The position numbers and the translations under genes were made by a program. From the NCBI GenBank assembly GCA_001643675.2, contig LSRY02000008.1, positions 62,001-126,000 on the forward strand: DNA of 64,000 nt, written 5' to 3'. The stretch is from Monocercomonoides exilis PA203 (Eukaryota > Protista > Preaxostyla). The number at the start of each line of letters is the position of its first letter. Position 1 is the first letter of the stretch. A model generated the notes under the pieces. The model had not been told where the DNA came from. It saw only the letters and a list, made by a program, of their open reading frames with translations, and ran no database searches. Below, in pieces: positions 1 through 14,593 of the stretch.

Positions 1-55
1 CATCTTCCTCATCTTCCTCATCTTCCTCATCTTCCTCATCTTCCTCATCTTCCTC
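1..55 (+). repeat. (CATCTTCCT)n 9-bp tandem repeat, truncated by window edge
   Basis: About 6 direct copies read from the sequence. Confidence 0.9.
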
Positions 56-375
56 AACTTTCAAAAAGAAACAAAATGAAAATACACATTCTTCTTCCTT
101 TGAAGAACCTTCAACTTCCATTTTCAACGATGATGTGTGGGTCAATGATCAATTAGTTGAATATGCCACTTCACCAAATCTTATTCCACCTCAAGCATTT
201 CAAAATCTTCTTTCATCATTTTCAAAAGACAATGACACTTCTCCGTCTCCACAAAAAACACATTCAGATGAAAGTTATAATTCAAATTGTGAAAATAATA
301 TGAATATCATTTCATATAATTACTCAATGGATTTTCTTCCTGAAATTCAATCTCATTCTCCATCAATTTCTTTAA

Positions 376-2808
<2,433 letters not shown>

Positions 2809-2817
2809 GAATCTAGA

Positions 2818-2945
2818 TGTTGTGCAAGCTTAGCTGGCACTCTATCGGAAGGGTGCTGGACATGACTGTTCGTATTTGATATTGCAGCCTTCGGGCTGCT
2901 TTATCCGGACCTGGATACGACGAACAGCCTCCCAGATGCACAACA
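2818..2945 (+). ncRNA. Putative structured RNA element just 3' of the transposase stop
   Basis: Nested stems: TGTTGTGCA 2818-2826 / TGCACAACA 2937-2945; CTGGCACTCT 2834-2843 / AGGGTGCTGG 2850-2859 with G-U pairs; CTGTTCGT 2866-2873 / ACGAACAG 2920-2927; GCAGCC-TTCG-GGCTGC 2884-2899; TATCCG / TGGATA 2902-2917. GC-rich island in AT-rich flanks. Confidence 0.5.
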
Positions 2946-4429
2946 GTTTGAATCCAATTTCTTTCTTGTGCTTTTTATCCCTATAATGTCCCTGTAATAA
3001 AATTGGTTATTGTCCTGCTTATATTTGTATTAATCGAGATTCATTAATGATGAAAGTCTTGTGGTTTATCACTGATCTTTGGGAAAGGTTTTTGGAAGGG
3101 AGAGTTGTTTAGAGTGTGAAGTGATGTTTTATCATTGTGTCTGTCTTTTTTCTTTGTTGGATTTGATCTTTTTGAGTCAAAGTTAGAGAAATATCAGAAA
3201 GGGGTGAGTGGATGGAAAACAAAAGAAAAACAGTCAAGTTTGTTTTTGGACTTTTTATTTAAGTGTTCTTTTTTGTTTGGAATTGCCTTTGAAACAGTGA
3301 ATTTGTTGTTAAAGTACTGTTTCTTCTTATATTTTTTATTGTTCAGAATTGTTGATATTTAGTTGACATTTGGTGACAGTTTTATGATTATGTGATTGAA
3401 TTATGCTTTTTATAAAGTTATTGAATCTGATTAGAAAATTTCTGAGTGTTTTTAATTTTTTTAATGATTAACATCATGAAGTACTTTTTGTTTTTTATAT
3501 CATTTTGATTGTTGAACAATTGTTATTTTTTAACGTTTTTTTTTTCATTTCTCTGATATTTTTTCCATTTCAAAAAAAACTCAAATTCGAATATACTAAC
3601 ATTTTTCTGCTAGAAATTATTTTTATTTCTTCCATATTGCAATGTCATATATTGAAAGCCAACAAACTCAAAAAAAAAAATCATCATGAGTTTTTTCTTA
3701 CAGATCAACAAAAAACTTTTTGATAAAAAATGATCTCAATGATCATAAAAAAACTTTCATTACTTGGGAATTTGCAGAAATCGTTATTAACCTAATGAAA
3801 CACTTCAACAATATATAAATATTATCTTGATATATCAAAAAAGCATTTCTGCAAATTCCTGATCAAAAAAAAAAGAAATTTGAAATGGGATTTCAATGAA
3901 GAAAAAGGTTTGATATTTCGTGTTGACACTTTACTTTCGAAATTTTTCTTAATCTGCCAAAGACTCTATTATTAAATTTTGAATATTTCTTTTGCTTTTC
4001 TTTGTGGAAATTTAGTGGTTCTTTCTCAACTGAAGCCATAGTTGAATTTTGTTGTTTCCCGTTTCTTAATACATTAAAACAGGTTTTATGTTATTTGTCC
4101 TTCAGACATTTTCTCAATAATTAATTATTTTATCTATTCTTTTATAATCTTTTACTCCTGTTTTTTTTTTTGTAATGCTTGGAAAGAAGGGATATTTTTT
4201 TATTTCTCATCACATTTCACTTGAGGAATGCGCCTTGCTGCTCGGTGTTTGAGTTGCAGAGAAATAAGGAGAAACAGCGGAATTTTTTCATGATAAGCTT
4301 GGATTTATATTAACCTTTTCGGAGAGCTGTTTATTGTTAATGCTATGCCAGTTATTTCGTTTTATCCATTCTGACAGCGAGAAAGGCAAGAGAAGAAAGA
4401 GGGAAATAAAAATTGGAAAGAAAATTACT

Positions 4430-7400
4430 ATGGAAACAACTCACTAAATGATGTAAACAAAGCCAGTGAAGAACAGCAAACCAACACAAAAGTGGTAGAA
4501 GGAAGCTCAAATTCACTCAACCTTCAGTCTCCTTCCTCTTCTTCTGTGGCAATCAAATCAGAATCTCCTGGAAAATCAGTCAGAACAGCTGCCTCGACAC
4601 ACGCGCTGAATAAATTCTCTTCTCAAATCAAACTTTCGCACAGGGCGAGAACAACAGCACGCACATCGAAGTTTCTCAAAGCAGCTAATTTGCTTTAGAA
4701 CAATACAACTTTTGCTTCTGCTGCTTCTTCTGCCTCTGTCTCATCGAATGTTGACTTTCCATCTGCATCTTTCCCGATTTCAAGTGATCAAACCAAGAAT
4801 CCCTCTTCATCATCCTCTTCTTGTTCTGTTTCACTGCTGAGCATGCCATCAACTGCATTTGGAAGAGCACTCAAACGAAGCAGAGGGAGAAAAGCGCTTG
4901 CTGCCTTCAAGCGGACAGTCTGCATGAAAACACACACAGGCTCAAGGATTGCTTAACCAGAGTTCAAATCAGAAGTGCTGGGACTGACAAACAAGATGGG
5001 TGGAAGCAGCAATAATAGCAGCAATAATAATAATAACAGCAAGAAGAAGAAGCTATTACGTGTGGCGATGCAGCAAGTGCCGCTATATATTCCACGCGGA
5101 AGGCCACTGAAGATAAAGTGGAAGCGATGATGACTGCGATGGGATCGAGTCAGCAGGGGAAGAAGAGCGAAGGATGAACAAATGCAAATGTGAATGAACA
5201 GAATGCGTGGTGTTTGGAGTCAGCTACTGCGGCATTGGAGAGTTAGAGGAAGCTTGGGAACAAAGAGAAAGTGAAAGAAGAGGAGGAAAAAAAGGAGAAA
5301 GGAGCAAGGAAAAAGATAAGAAAAGAATTATTTCTGTGATTGATGAGCTTCGATTAGATGAATTGGAGTTTTGAAGGCAAAAATGTGAAAAGCGGATATA
5401 GAAAGCGAGCGTGAAAGGGAAAGAAAAAGCGAAAGGAAAAGCATTCCAATCAAAGACAAGTCCGACGATGAGTTCATAAGCTGTCCTAAGTGAGCATCTT
5501 TCGAAAAAGTTGGAGCTGCTTTGTGTGGCAGATGGCAGCATCACATTTGACTCTTTTAAGTCTGATATGAGTGAGAAAAGTGAAAGAAACAGAAGTGACA
5601 CCGATAAGAATGAATATGGCGAGGAAGTGGATGATGATGAGGAGGAGGAAGAAGAGAAAGAAGAAGAAGACGTGGAGTTAGACAGGATTCTCAGTACAAA
5701 GATATTTTTGACAAGTACACGAGCAAATCGGCAGACACCGAAAAAGATCAGATTTGTTTTTGAATATGGCACCTCTACCACATTCAACTCAGCAAAAAAC
5801 AAGAGAAAACAGCTCAATCGAAGCAACATTCATAACAGCTGAGATGAAGGAGAGGCAGAAGAGAGAAGCAGTTATGCAGTTGAAAAAGAACACTCTGAAG
5901 CAGACATGAGGAAGGATCATCCCAACAATCAAGCCAGCCGACCTTCTGCTGCCTTCAAATCTCGTTCAGGAAGAGGAAATCAAGGTATAGACGCTCAAAA
6001 GAAAGTTCTTGCCGAGAGGGAAAGGGAAGAACATGTACTATTTGTTCGAGATGAAGAGAGGAAAGAGTGAGTGGACGGAGCAGGTGCAGCAGACACTGAA
6101 GAAGCAGAAGAAAACAGCGAGAATGATGATAGCGATGATGATAACAGTGATGTTAGGGATGACGAAGATTGTTTGGATATAACACGATTTGCTGATACAT
6201 CAAATTCCGATGAAACAGACAAGGCAGCAGAAAGAAAAGAAGACTCATACACACTCCATGCCTCACGTTTCACTCCCAAACAGAGAAAGACGCTTTCATC
6301 TGAATCCCAAAAGAGCAATCAGAAGAAGTCGCGTTTTGTTATCTCACACACTCTGACCATCTTCAGAAGAGAGCTCAGTCAAACTCCTCTACATCTGTCC
6401 CTTCGTTTAGCTTAGCCCACAAAGGAAAATGGAGAGAAAGAAGAGAACGAGAACACAATTGGCTCAGAAGGCAGCAGAGAATCCAGGCAGAACCAGCGCA
6501 GAAAACACAGCAATCACAGTTTGGCTGCTGTTTCTGTTCCTTGAAGGAATTTTGTCTTGTCTGATATCAGAGCATCACTCGGCAGATCAACGCAGACACA
6601 CTTCAGAGCAGCTGCGGAAAACTGGTTTGTGATTGCTTCTTCTTTGGCAAGGATGTCTAGCCAGACAGGCATGCCAATGTCAATGCAAGAAGGAGGAGGA
6701 TGAGGAGCAGATGACTTTGGGAATGCTTCTGTGTTTGGGAGAAAAGGCAGAAAGATGATAGAGCTGAAGAAGCAGTTTGTGCGGTCGATGCAGCAGATTT
6801 AGCAAAAAGAAGTCGCTGCTTTGCTTTATTCACTCGGAGAGGCGCTGTCCCTTTTTTTCAGCCAACTTGGATCTCTTCGGCTTCCGAAGCCCATTACGAT
6901 TCCGTCATCTCACGCTTGGGCAACGGGGGGGATATCGGAGAATGCTGCGAACTCGTATGTTACACTGCTGTGTGGAACGAGGCTGTTCAGCTTGGGAGGA
7001 GAAGATACTGTGAGAGATGCACAACTGGTGGAGAACATGAGAAAAGAGATGAATGTGTGGAGAAAAGAAGGAATGCCAGCTGTGGAATGAGGAGACGATG
7101 CAAGAGACACAGCTGAGCTGTTATGCGAAGAGAGGGGAATCAACAGCACTGTGTCTGATGTGTAGAATAAGATCAATAGAGACAATGGCAATGGTATCGC
7201 TTTTGATTCAAATGCCAATGGAACATTTTACAGTAAATACGAATATAATGATATATGCTTTTGTTTGCCTCGTCTGTCTTTTTCGAAGACCAACAACTAC
7301 TGCTGTCTGCCTCAGAAAATACATTTTTTGTTCCTCCTCAAAGAACAGCATGTGTTCTATCCATCAAAAAAACTCTTTTGGAACTGATAAGTCTGACATT

Positions 7401-8216
7401 TCAGGCAGCTCTGCTGTCCCTTGAACGGTCACAGAAAAAAGAGCAATATTCGATTCTGCCTTCTTCTCTCAAGTTTTCATGGGTGCCTCTTGTCAATACG
7501 TGCCCTCTCATGCTTTCTCATCCACTCACTTCTATCGTCCGCACTCTGCTTTCAAAGATGATTTCAATATCTTTCACTTCATCTTCCGTGTTCTCCATCC
7601 CTTCTCTATTCACCTCCTGTGTCGCTTCTATTTCCATTTCTCAGTCCATATCATCCTCCATCACAACACCTGTCATCATCTCATTCTCCACTCAGCCTCT
7701 CAGACACCTTCTGAATCCACGTCCAATCGCCTGCTGCTTTGTCTGCTTGTATCGCGCACTGTACTCACCGCTGTTGCAACCACTGCTCACAGGCTGATGG
7801 TGAAGAAGGACTTGCTCCATTTAATATCAGCCATTTTCGAGATACACCATGACCGGATAACTTCTTCTTCTCCTTCGATGTCCATTTCTGCCTCTCTCAT
7901 CCAGCGATTGGAGGTTGTTGGCGCTGCGTTATCACAACAATCCCCACATTCTGCTTCATCTTCTTTTTCTGTTCAGCGAACATTTGAGTCTCAGTCAACT
8001 TCATTGGTATCGAATGTTGCAACAAATTCACAGGAACAGAGTGGATCTTCAAACGCTGCTGCTGATGGAGCTGAGACAACTTCTGTTGGCAATGCGATAA
8101 ATGCGTCAGGAACAGCAAGAGGAGGAGGAGGAGAACTTCCCTGTCAGATGAATATAGACCAATTCTCAGCAATTCTTCCACATAAGCTACAGACAAGCAT
8201 CCCCTCCTCTCAGTAA
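4430..8216 (+). pseudogene. Decayed large low-complexity (Ser/Glu/Asp-rich) protein gene
   Basis: Chain of short plus-strand ORFs with coding-like composition (4492, 5510, 6071, 6821, 7255, 7479) broken by many stops and frameshifts. No domain recognised. Confidence 0.4.
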
Positions 8217-11200
8217 CATCTCTTTTAACTTTCGCAATCTCCTTTTCCTTCTTCCTCTTCTCCGTCATTCACATCAAAAAATTCTCCATCCTCAGTTTTC
8301 CTCCCTTTTCCTTCGACTCATTCTCTCCCACTTCAGAGTTGTGAACGGGTATCTTTTTCTTTTTCTTTTCTCCCTCATCTGGAGCAATTCCTGAGAATTC
8401 TACGACGCGAAGTCTATTATTTCAAAATTCTTTCATTTTTTCAAAGGATATTCTTTCATCTTCACGTGCAACTGTCCTCCTTGCTCTGCTTTTGTTACAG
8501 CTACCATCTGATTCATCATCGTAGTCATCATCATCTTCTTCTTCTTCTGATCGTATTTCTTCATTTTTTGCATCTTCATAAGTGATCATAGCAGAAATAA
8601 AAAAGAATGGAATTTCTGAAGAAAAGAAACTAGTTGAAGATGAGAAGATGATTGTTAAGTGAATGAAGAGAATGAAGATTAAGAGAAAGATAAATTTTTT
8701 AAAGACAGAATATTATGAATGGAATTTGGATTTAAAAAATTGAATAGATTATGAAAGAAAAAAGGATAATATGGAAAGGGAGAGAAGTTGGAAGAGAAGA
8801 CTTCAACGATCAGTAAAAGAACGCAAAAACGGAGAAATATTCAATTGTTATTTATCTGAATCATTCCGTCTGCTGCTTCTTTTTCATGAGTGTCCTTAAA
8901 CACAGCAGCAAACAGCAGGGAAAGGATTTAAAAGGTGATGCTTCGAAGAGCTTTCCCGTGGTTGGGAAGCCACTTGGAAGTGCCGGAGAGTGCGCAGTCG
9001 CTTTGTCAAAGCTAGGCAATGTTAATCTCAAAGAAGTCAGAGCTGATGATGATGCTGCAGGGAAAGGTGACATTTGGGACAGGCTGATCTGTTGCGGGTG
9101 AACAAGCAGCTGTCGACATGCACACAGTTGTTCGCCTCTGAGCTAATCGAAAGAAATGGTGGTGAAGAAGGAGAACATTATGCTGAAGAAGCTTATTGAC
9201 TGATTAAACACAGTGAGATGAGAATAACAACCCTGAAACCTCCGATGAAGAGATCTGCGGAAATGAGATGCTCGAGGGAGCAGCTGGAGCCATCGTCGAA
9301 CACGAGAACTAGCGAGGCAGCATTGAGCGTGGAGAGGTTGATGTTGGAGAAAAAGAAATAGGAATCAGGGAGAGTGCAAGAGCGTACTGAAAGATGTGGA
9401 AGGAATAGATAGGTTCGTAGGAGAGGAGAAGTGTGTCTCGGTAAGAACAAATGAGCATGGAGCTGAGGAGAGTGTACAAGTCGGCTGGAGAAAATAGGGA
9501 GGAGGCAAGCGGGGAGTAGCACTGACGGGAGGAGGAGCTTACGTCCCTGAAGACTTATGTCTTGTTGGAGCGTCCGAAGGTGATGAAGGGGAGGAAGAAG
9601 ACATACACATCGAGGTCAAGGCCGGACTGTGAGGCGTCTGAACTGCATACGGATGTGCTAGCAGCAAGAGAAGGATAGGTGAAGTCGAGAAAAAAGAGGA
9701 ACTCATTGTTTTGGGCATGAATGCTGAAACAACGAAGAAAGATATCCATGCTCACTTAACAGGTCAAACAATAGCCTTCAAAATAGCGCCAGAGACGAAA
9801 CAACAGATTTCCCTTGCTTTGTTCAATTTTCTGGAGAATAAGAAAAAAATGTATTGATAGAGGTGGAACATTCAATGTTTCCGGTTTGATGCTCAGTTAC
9901 GGAGGATAATACTCTGGCTGACACAACATTTACGTCAGGAGCAAGAAATGATGTAAGAGACAGGAGAAAAGCATTCTGCTGAAGATTCGTTGTTTAACCA
10001 CAAACTTGCTAACTTCTTTCTCGATTAAAAAGCAGAAGGATCTCTGTCAGGAAATTCAACTGAGTTGGCAAAGTTAAAGGAAGGAGATGAAACAGAGAAG
10101 AACAGATAACACAGAGAATGTGAGATCTTTGGAGTTGTTGATGCAATAGAATGCGATGCCAAAGAGAAAAAGATGAAAAATGAGAATATTTGAGGAAGAG
10201 GAGGAAGAAGAAATGAGGATGGTTGTGGGGCGGAAGCGTTTTAAGAGATAAATTCTTTTCTTCGCAAATTTTTTCTTTTTAAATTTCACTTTTGTTTTTT
10301 TTTATCAAACTTTGATCAATTAATAATTAAATAAATTTTAAGAATTAATGTTTTTTAACAACAATTAACAACAAAGCGTTGTATATTATACAAATATTTA
10401 GTTTTCAATCATATTTTTGTCTGTTTGTTTTTTAAAATTGTTTGTTTTTAACAAACGTTTTTTGATCTTCAACATCTATTCAAAATTTTCTTTTCAATAA
10501 CATTATTTAACAATTCTTTATTAAAGAAATTGATTTATTGAGTATTAAAACAATCATTATCATGCTTTTCAAACCAGTGAACTGTTGTTTTTTTCTGTTA
10601 ATCAAATTTTCGAAATTTTTTGAATAGTTTTTCAAAGTTTTTTTCAAAATTTGTAATAAAAACAATTTTAATAAATTTAAAATCAACAAATTAATTATAA
10701 TAATAATATCTTATTGCATATTTTCGCAAATTTTTTTGGAAATATTTTCTTATAAACAAAACCCTTAATGAAAAAATATTTTGATCAACCTTCGTAAATT
10801 TTTATGATTTCGAAAATTATCACCCAGATTAATTTTTGAAACGATCATTTTCGGGGAAGATGATGTTGATGTTAATGTCGAAAATGGACGATAACGTTTA
10901 ATTCTCATATCAAATGTGTTTTACCCAATTCACTCAGTTTGCCCGTTTGCCCACACACAATGGGGAATTTAATTGACCCTGCGCACCAGGTGCACTCAGT
11001 GCAGGTGAAAAGCACGGAGATTTTACCAAATATTTCCCTTCTGATGAGTCTTCTACATTGCCACAATTTGGTGTCCGGTTTTCCGATTGACACTTTTTCA
11101 AGATCGACACACCAAAATAAACCCCAAATCAAGTGAAAAACATCAGTGTGGCGATCCACCATCATGCTATTCGTTCAAAAAATATTGATGTTTGCAATCA

Positions 11201-12307
11201 ACTATAATGCAATCGTGACCACTGAATGATTCAATTGACGATTCAAACAACAAGTGTAGCCTGTTGGATTTCATCAATTTGCACATTTTGCCCAATCAAC
11301 CTGTTCACGCAAATAACCATTAACTTTTTCAATCAACTCAACAAACAGCTCATTATTTTCGATAAGCTTTCTCTTCAATATCTTAATCTATTTCTTCTGT
11401 TTTTCAGATACATGTTCGTTGAAATACTGTGTTTCTTCCTTACGTTTTTCCTGAAACTGTTTTATTTGTATCTATTGAACAGCCTATTCTTCTTCGACAG
11501 TTGTATATATCTTCTTTCGACCCATTTGCTATAAAAACATAAAACTTAATCAATAATTTTTATTTGCGATTTTAACCAACGATCACATTGCATGTTCAAC
11601 ACATGTTTTTTATCAACGGTTTCATCAAATTTCACACTATTTCACCAGCTTCGACACTTTCAGCTAATCTCATCATTGGAGATATGGTGTATCAGCAATA
11701 GATACATATCGATAACACCAATCAATAACTCCTTCTTTATTGAAAATTACTGAATATTGAATCATGATAAACCCCTAAGAATATCAGCAATAATCATCAA
11801 TCTCTATCTTATTATCATTGCCTATTTCAGCTTATTATACAAGATGATAACAACCACCAGATATACATAAATCGATATATTTGATTGATCATTATCGAGA
11901 TGGATCGATAGCTTAAAGACCATATCTCTATTTTAACAAAATTCTAAAAATTCATAAATATTTTCAGGAATAGTTAATAAAAGTATTTTGAAGGTTGACT
12001 GTTATTTCATTTTTTGTGGAAGTGCTCCTGTGAGCCAGAAATTTCAGTACCAAAAAAAAAATGTGGGTATGATAAATTATTGACACTTCCTTATACATAT
12101 GCAATATCTCAATATTTCAATTTTTTTACCATTTATTCATGGATTAAACGAAAAAAAGTGTGACTAATAAAGTCACCTCTTGCAGAAAAAACATCTTTTC
12201 TGACAATTTCAAATAATTATGAGCTAAAAAAATTTTTTTGTCAGAAAAGATCAAATATATAAATCGAAAATATTATTTGTGATCGATAAACAAATATCAA
12301 TATCTTC

Positions 12308-14593
12308 ATGACAAACAACTTGGTAAACGAAGATACTTCACTGGTGGCGAAGAGGGATGAAAATGGAATTGCAGAAGCGGTGCATTGGATCATGAAAAAC
12401 AAAACAGATCCTCCATCAGAAATGAGATGTGAAAAAACACTTCGTGATCAGGACGGTTGGACAATGGCCATGAACTGGATATATTACGTTAAAACCGAGC
12501 CACCTGAGTGGATGAGATACAATATCGCTCTTGCCGACGACAACGGATACACAATGGCCATGCACTGGATAGAATATGTGAAAACAGAACCGCCTGAATG
12601 GATGAGGCATGGAATAACAATGAAAGACAAGGACGGATGGACGATGGCTATGTATTGGATTCACTTTGTGAAGACGGAGCCCCCAGAATGGATGAGACAT
12701 GGCATTACGCTTTCTGATAACGACGGATGGACAATGGCCATGTTTTGGGTTCACGAAGTCCATTCAGAACCGCAAAGATGGCTGAGACATTCGATAACTC
12801 TTTCCGATAATGAAGGATGGACAATGGCCATGATGTGGATTGAACGTGTGAAAACAGAACCACCTGAATGGATGAGGCATGGCATCACGCTTGGAAATAA
12901 GAACGGAGAAACAATGGCCATGCTGTGGATTCAATTCGTCAAAACAGAACCAACTTCATCAATAAGGCATGCAATAATTCTTACAGATAACAATGGTGAA
13001 ACAATGGCGATGAAGTGGATTCAATTTGTGAAGACAGAGCCACCGGAATGGATGAGGCATGACAACGAAATTGCTGACAAAGAAGGACGGACAATGGCAA
13101 TGCACTGGATTGCAGTTATCAAAACTGAACCTCCTTTTTGGATGATAATGGATAACGCGCAAGGCAACAATGATGGGAGGACGTTATCGATGAAGTGGAT
13201 TGAGGAGAAAAGAACAGAACCACCGGACTGGATGAGACACGATATTACACATACAAATTATAACGGATGGACAATGGCTATGCACTGGATTTATAATGTT
13301 AAAACAGAACCACCAGTCTGGATGAGGCATAACTCTTCTCTTTCTGATAAGGAAGGAAAAACTTCAACTATGTATTGGATTCAATTTGTTCAAACAGAAC
13401 CACCAGAATGGATGAGACACAGTATAACACTTGCAGACAAAGAAGGAAAAACAATGGCAATGTTTTGGATTCAGTTTGTTGAAAAGGATCCACCAGAGTG
13501 GATGAGACACAATCCTGCACTTGCTGATAATGATGGGTGGACGATAGCCATGCATTGGATAGTGCTTGTGAAAACAGAACCACCAGAATGGATGACACAT
13601 GATGCTTCACTAATTGATAAGGAAGGGAGAACAATGGCGATGATATGGATTGAATATGTGAAGACAGACCCACCAGAGTGGATGAGACACAGCATTTCTC
13701 TTTCTGACAAGAACGGAAGCACAACTGCAATAAAATGGATTCAGTTTGTTCAAACAGAGCCTCCAGAATGGATGAGGCATGGAATAACACTTGGAAATAA
13801 TAAAAAAGAAACAATGGCAATGAAGTGGATTCGTGATGTTAAAACAGAACCACCAGCATGGATGAGACACGAAAGCGAATTTGCAGATGATGACGGATGG
13901 ACAATGGCGATGTGGTGGATTCGGTTTGTTCAAACAGAACCTCCAGAATGGATGAGACATGACAATGAACTTGCCGATAAGGAAGGGAGAACAATGGCAA
14001 TGTTTTGGATTGAATATGTGAAAACAAATCCACCGAAGTGGATGAATTATGAAAATACGAAGAGAGACAAAGATGGAAAGACATATGCAATGAAATGGAT
14101 TATCAAAAAAAAATCAGAACCTCCAGAGCAGATGAGGCATGATATTACACTTGCTGATGAGGATGGATGGACAATGGCAATGATATGGATCGCAAATGTC
14201 AAAACAGAACCTCCAGAATGGATGAGACACGATATCACACTTGCCAATAAAAAAGGAGCAACAATGTCCATGAATTGGATTCAGTTTGTTCAAACAGAAC
14301 CTCCAGAATGGATGAGGCATGGAATAACACTTGGAAATAATAAAAAAGAAACAATGGCCATGTTGTGGACTCGTGATGTTAAAACAGAACCACCAGCATG
14401 GATGAGACACGAAAGCGCATTTACAGATGATGATGGATATACAATGTCTATGTGGTGGATTCAGTTTGTTCAAACAGAACCTCCAGAATGGATGAGACAT
14501 GATATTACGCTAAAGAACATTTGGGGAAGAACAATGGCTATGATGTGGATTAAATATGTCAAGACAGATCCACCAAAATGGATGAACACTTAA
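12308..14593 (+). CDS. 761-aa solenoid protein, 25 x 30-aa Trp/Met-rich ankyrin-like repeats (copy A)
   Basis: Intact ATG-TAA ORF. Consensus unit DxDGxTMAMxWIxxVKTEPPEWMRHxxxLx with exact 90-bp periodicity. DxxGxTxxM resembles the ankyrin beta-hairpin/helix-1 start. Confidence 0.9.
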   Translation: MTNNLVNEDTSLVAKRDENGIAEAVHWIMKNKTDPPSEMRCEKTLRDQDGWTMAMNWIYYVKTEPPEWMRYNIALADDNGYTMAMHWIEYVKTEPPEWMRHGITMKDKDGWTMAMYWIHFVKTEPPEWMRHGITLSDNDGWTMAMFWVHEVHSEPQRWLRHSITLSDNEGWTMAMMWIERVKTEPPEWMRHGITLGNKNGETMAMLWIQFVKTEPTSSIRHAIILTDNNGETMAMKWIQFVKTEPPEWMRHDNEIADKEGRTMAMHWIAVIKTEPPFWMIMDNAQGNNDGRTLSMKWIEEKRTEPPDWMRHDITHTNYNGWTMAMHWIYNVKTEPPVWMRHNSSLSDKEGKTSTMYWIQFVQTEPPEWMRHSITLADKEGKTMAMFWIQFVEKDPPEWMRHNPALADNDGWTIAMHWIVLVKTEPPEWMTHDASLIDKEGRTMAMIWIEYVKTDPPEWMRHSISLSDKNGSTTAIKWIQFVQTEPPEWMRHGITLGNNKKETMAMKWIRDVKTEPPAWMRHESEFADDDGWTMAMWWIRFVQTEPPEWMRHDNELADKEGRTMAMFWIEYVKTNPPKWMNYENTKRDKDGKTYAMKWIIKKKSEPPEQMRHDITLADEDGWTMAMIWIANVKTEPPEWMRHDITLANKKGATMSMNWIQFVQTEPPEWMRHGITLGNNKKETMAMLWTRDVKTEPPAWMRHESAFTDDDGYTMSMWWIQFVQTEPPEWMRHDITLKNIWGRTMAMMWIKYVKTDPPKWMNT

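Noticed and set aside
2884-2915. Minus strand CAGGTCCGGATAAAGCAGC resembles the bacterial SRP RNA helix-8 motif
   Set aside because: The TCC-GGAA-GGA tetraloop stem cannot form, and G-U/UUCG evidence favours the plus strand. A SECIS was also considered, but there is no proper GA quartet and the upstream stops include TAA.
8860-10200. Coding-like, moderately GC-rich segment
   Set aside because: Multiple stops in all frames and no recognisable domain; strand and identity could not be supported.
10900-11530. Minus-strand fragments MGRKKIYTTVEEE and E*HDGGSPH as a rolling-circle Rep or transposon remnant
   Set aside because: Too short and stop-ridden. The HUH second His and other Rep motifs are absent.
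12308-14593. 90-bp periodic array as a CRISPR array or DGR template/variable repeat
   Set aside because: Units are in-frame coding repeats without unique spacers. No cas or reverse transcriptase gene is present, and the B/C differences are not adenine-specific.
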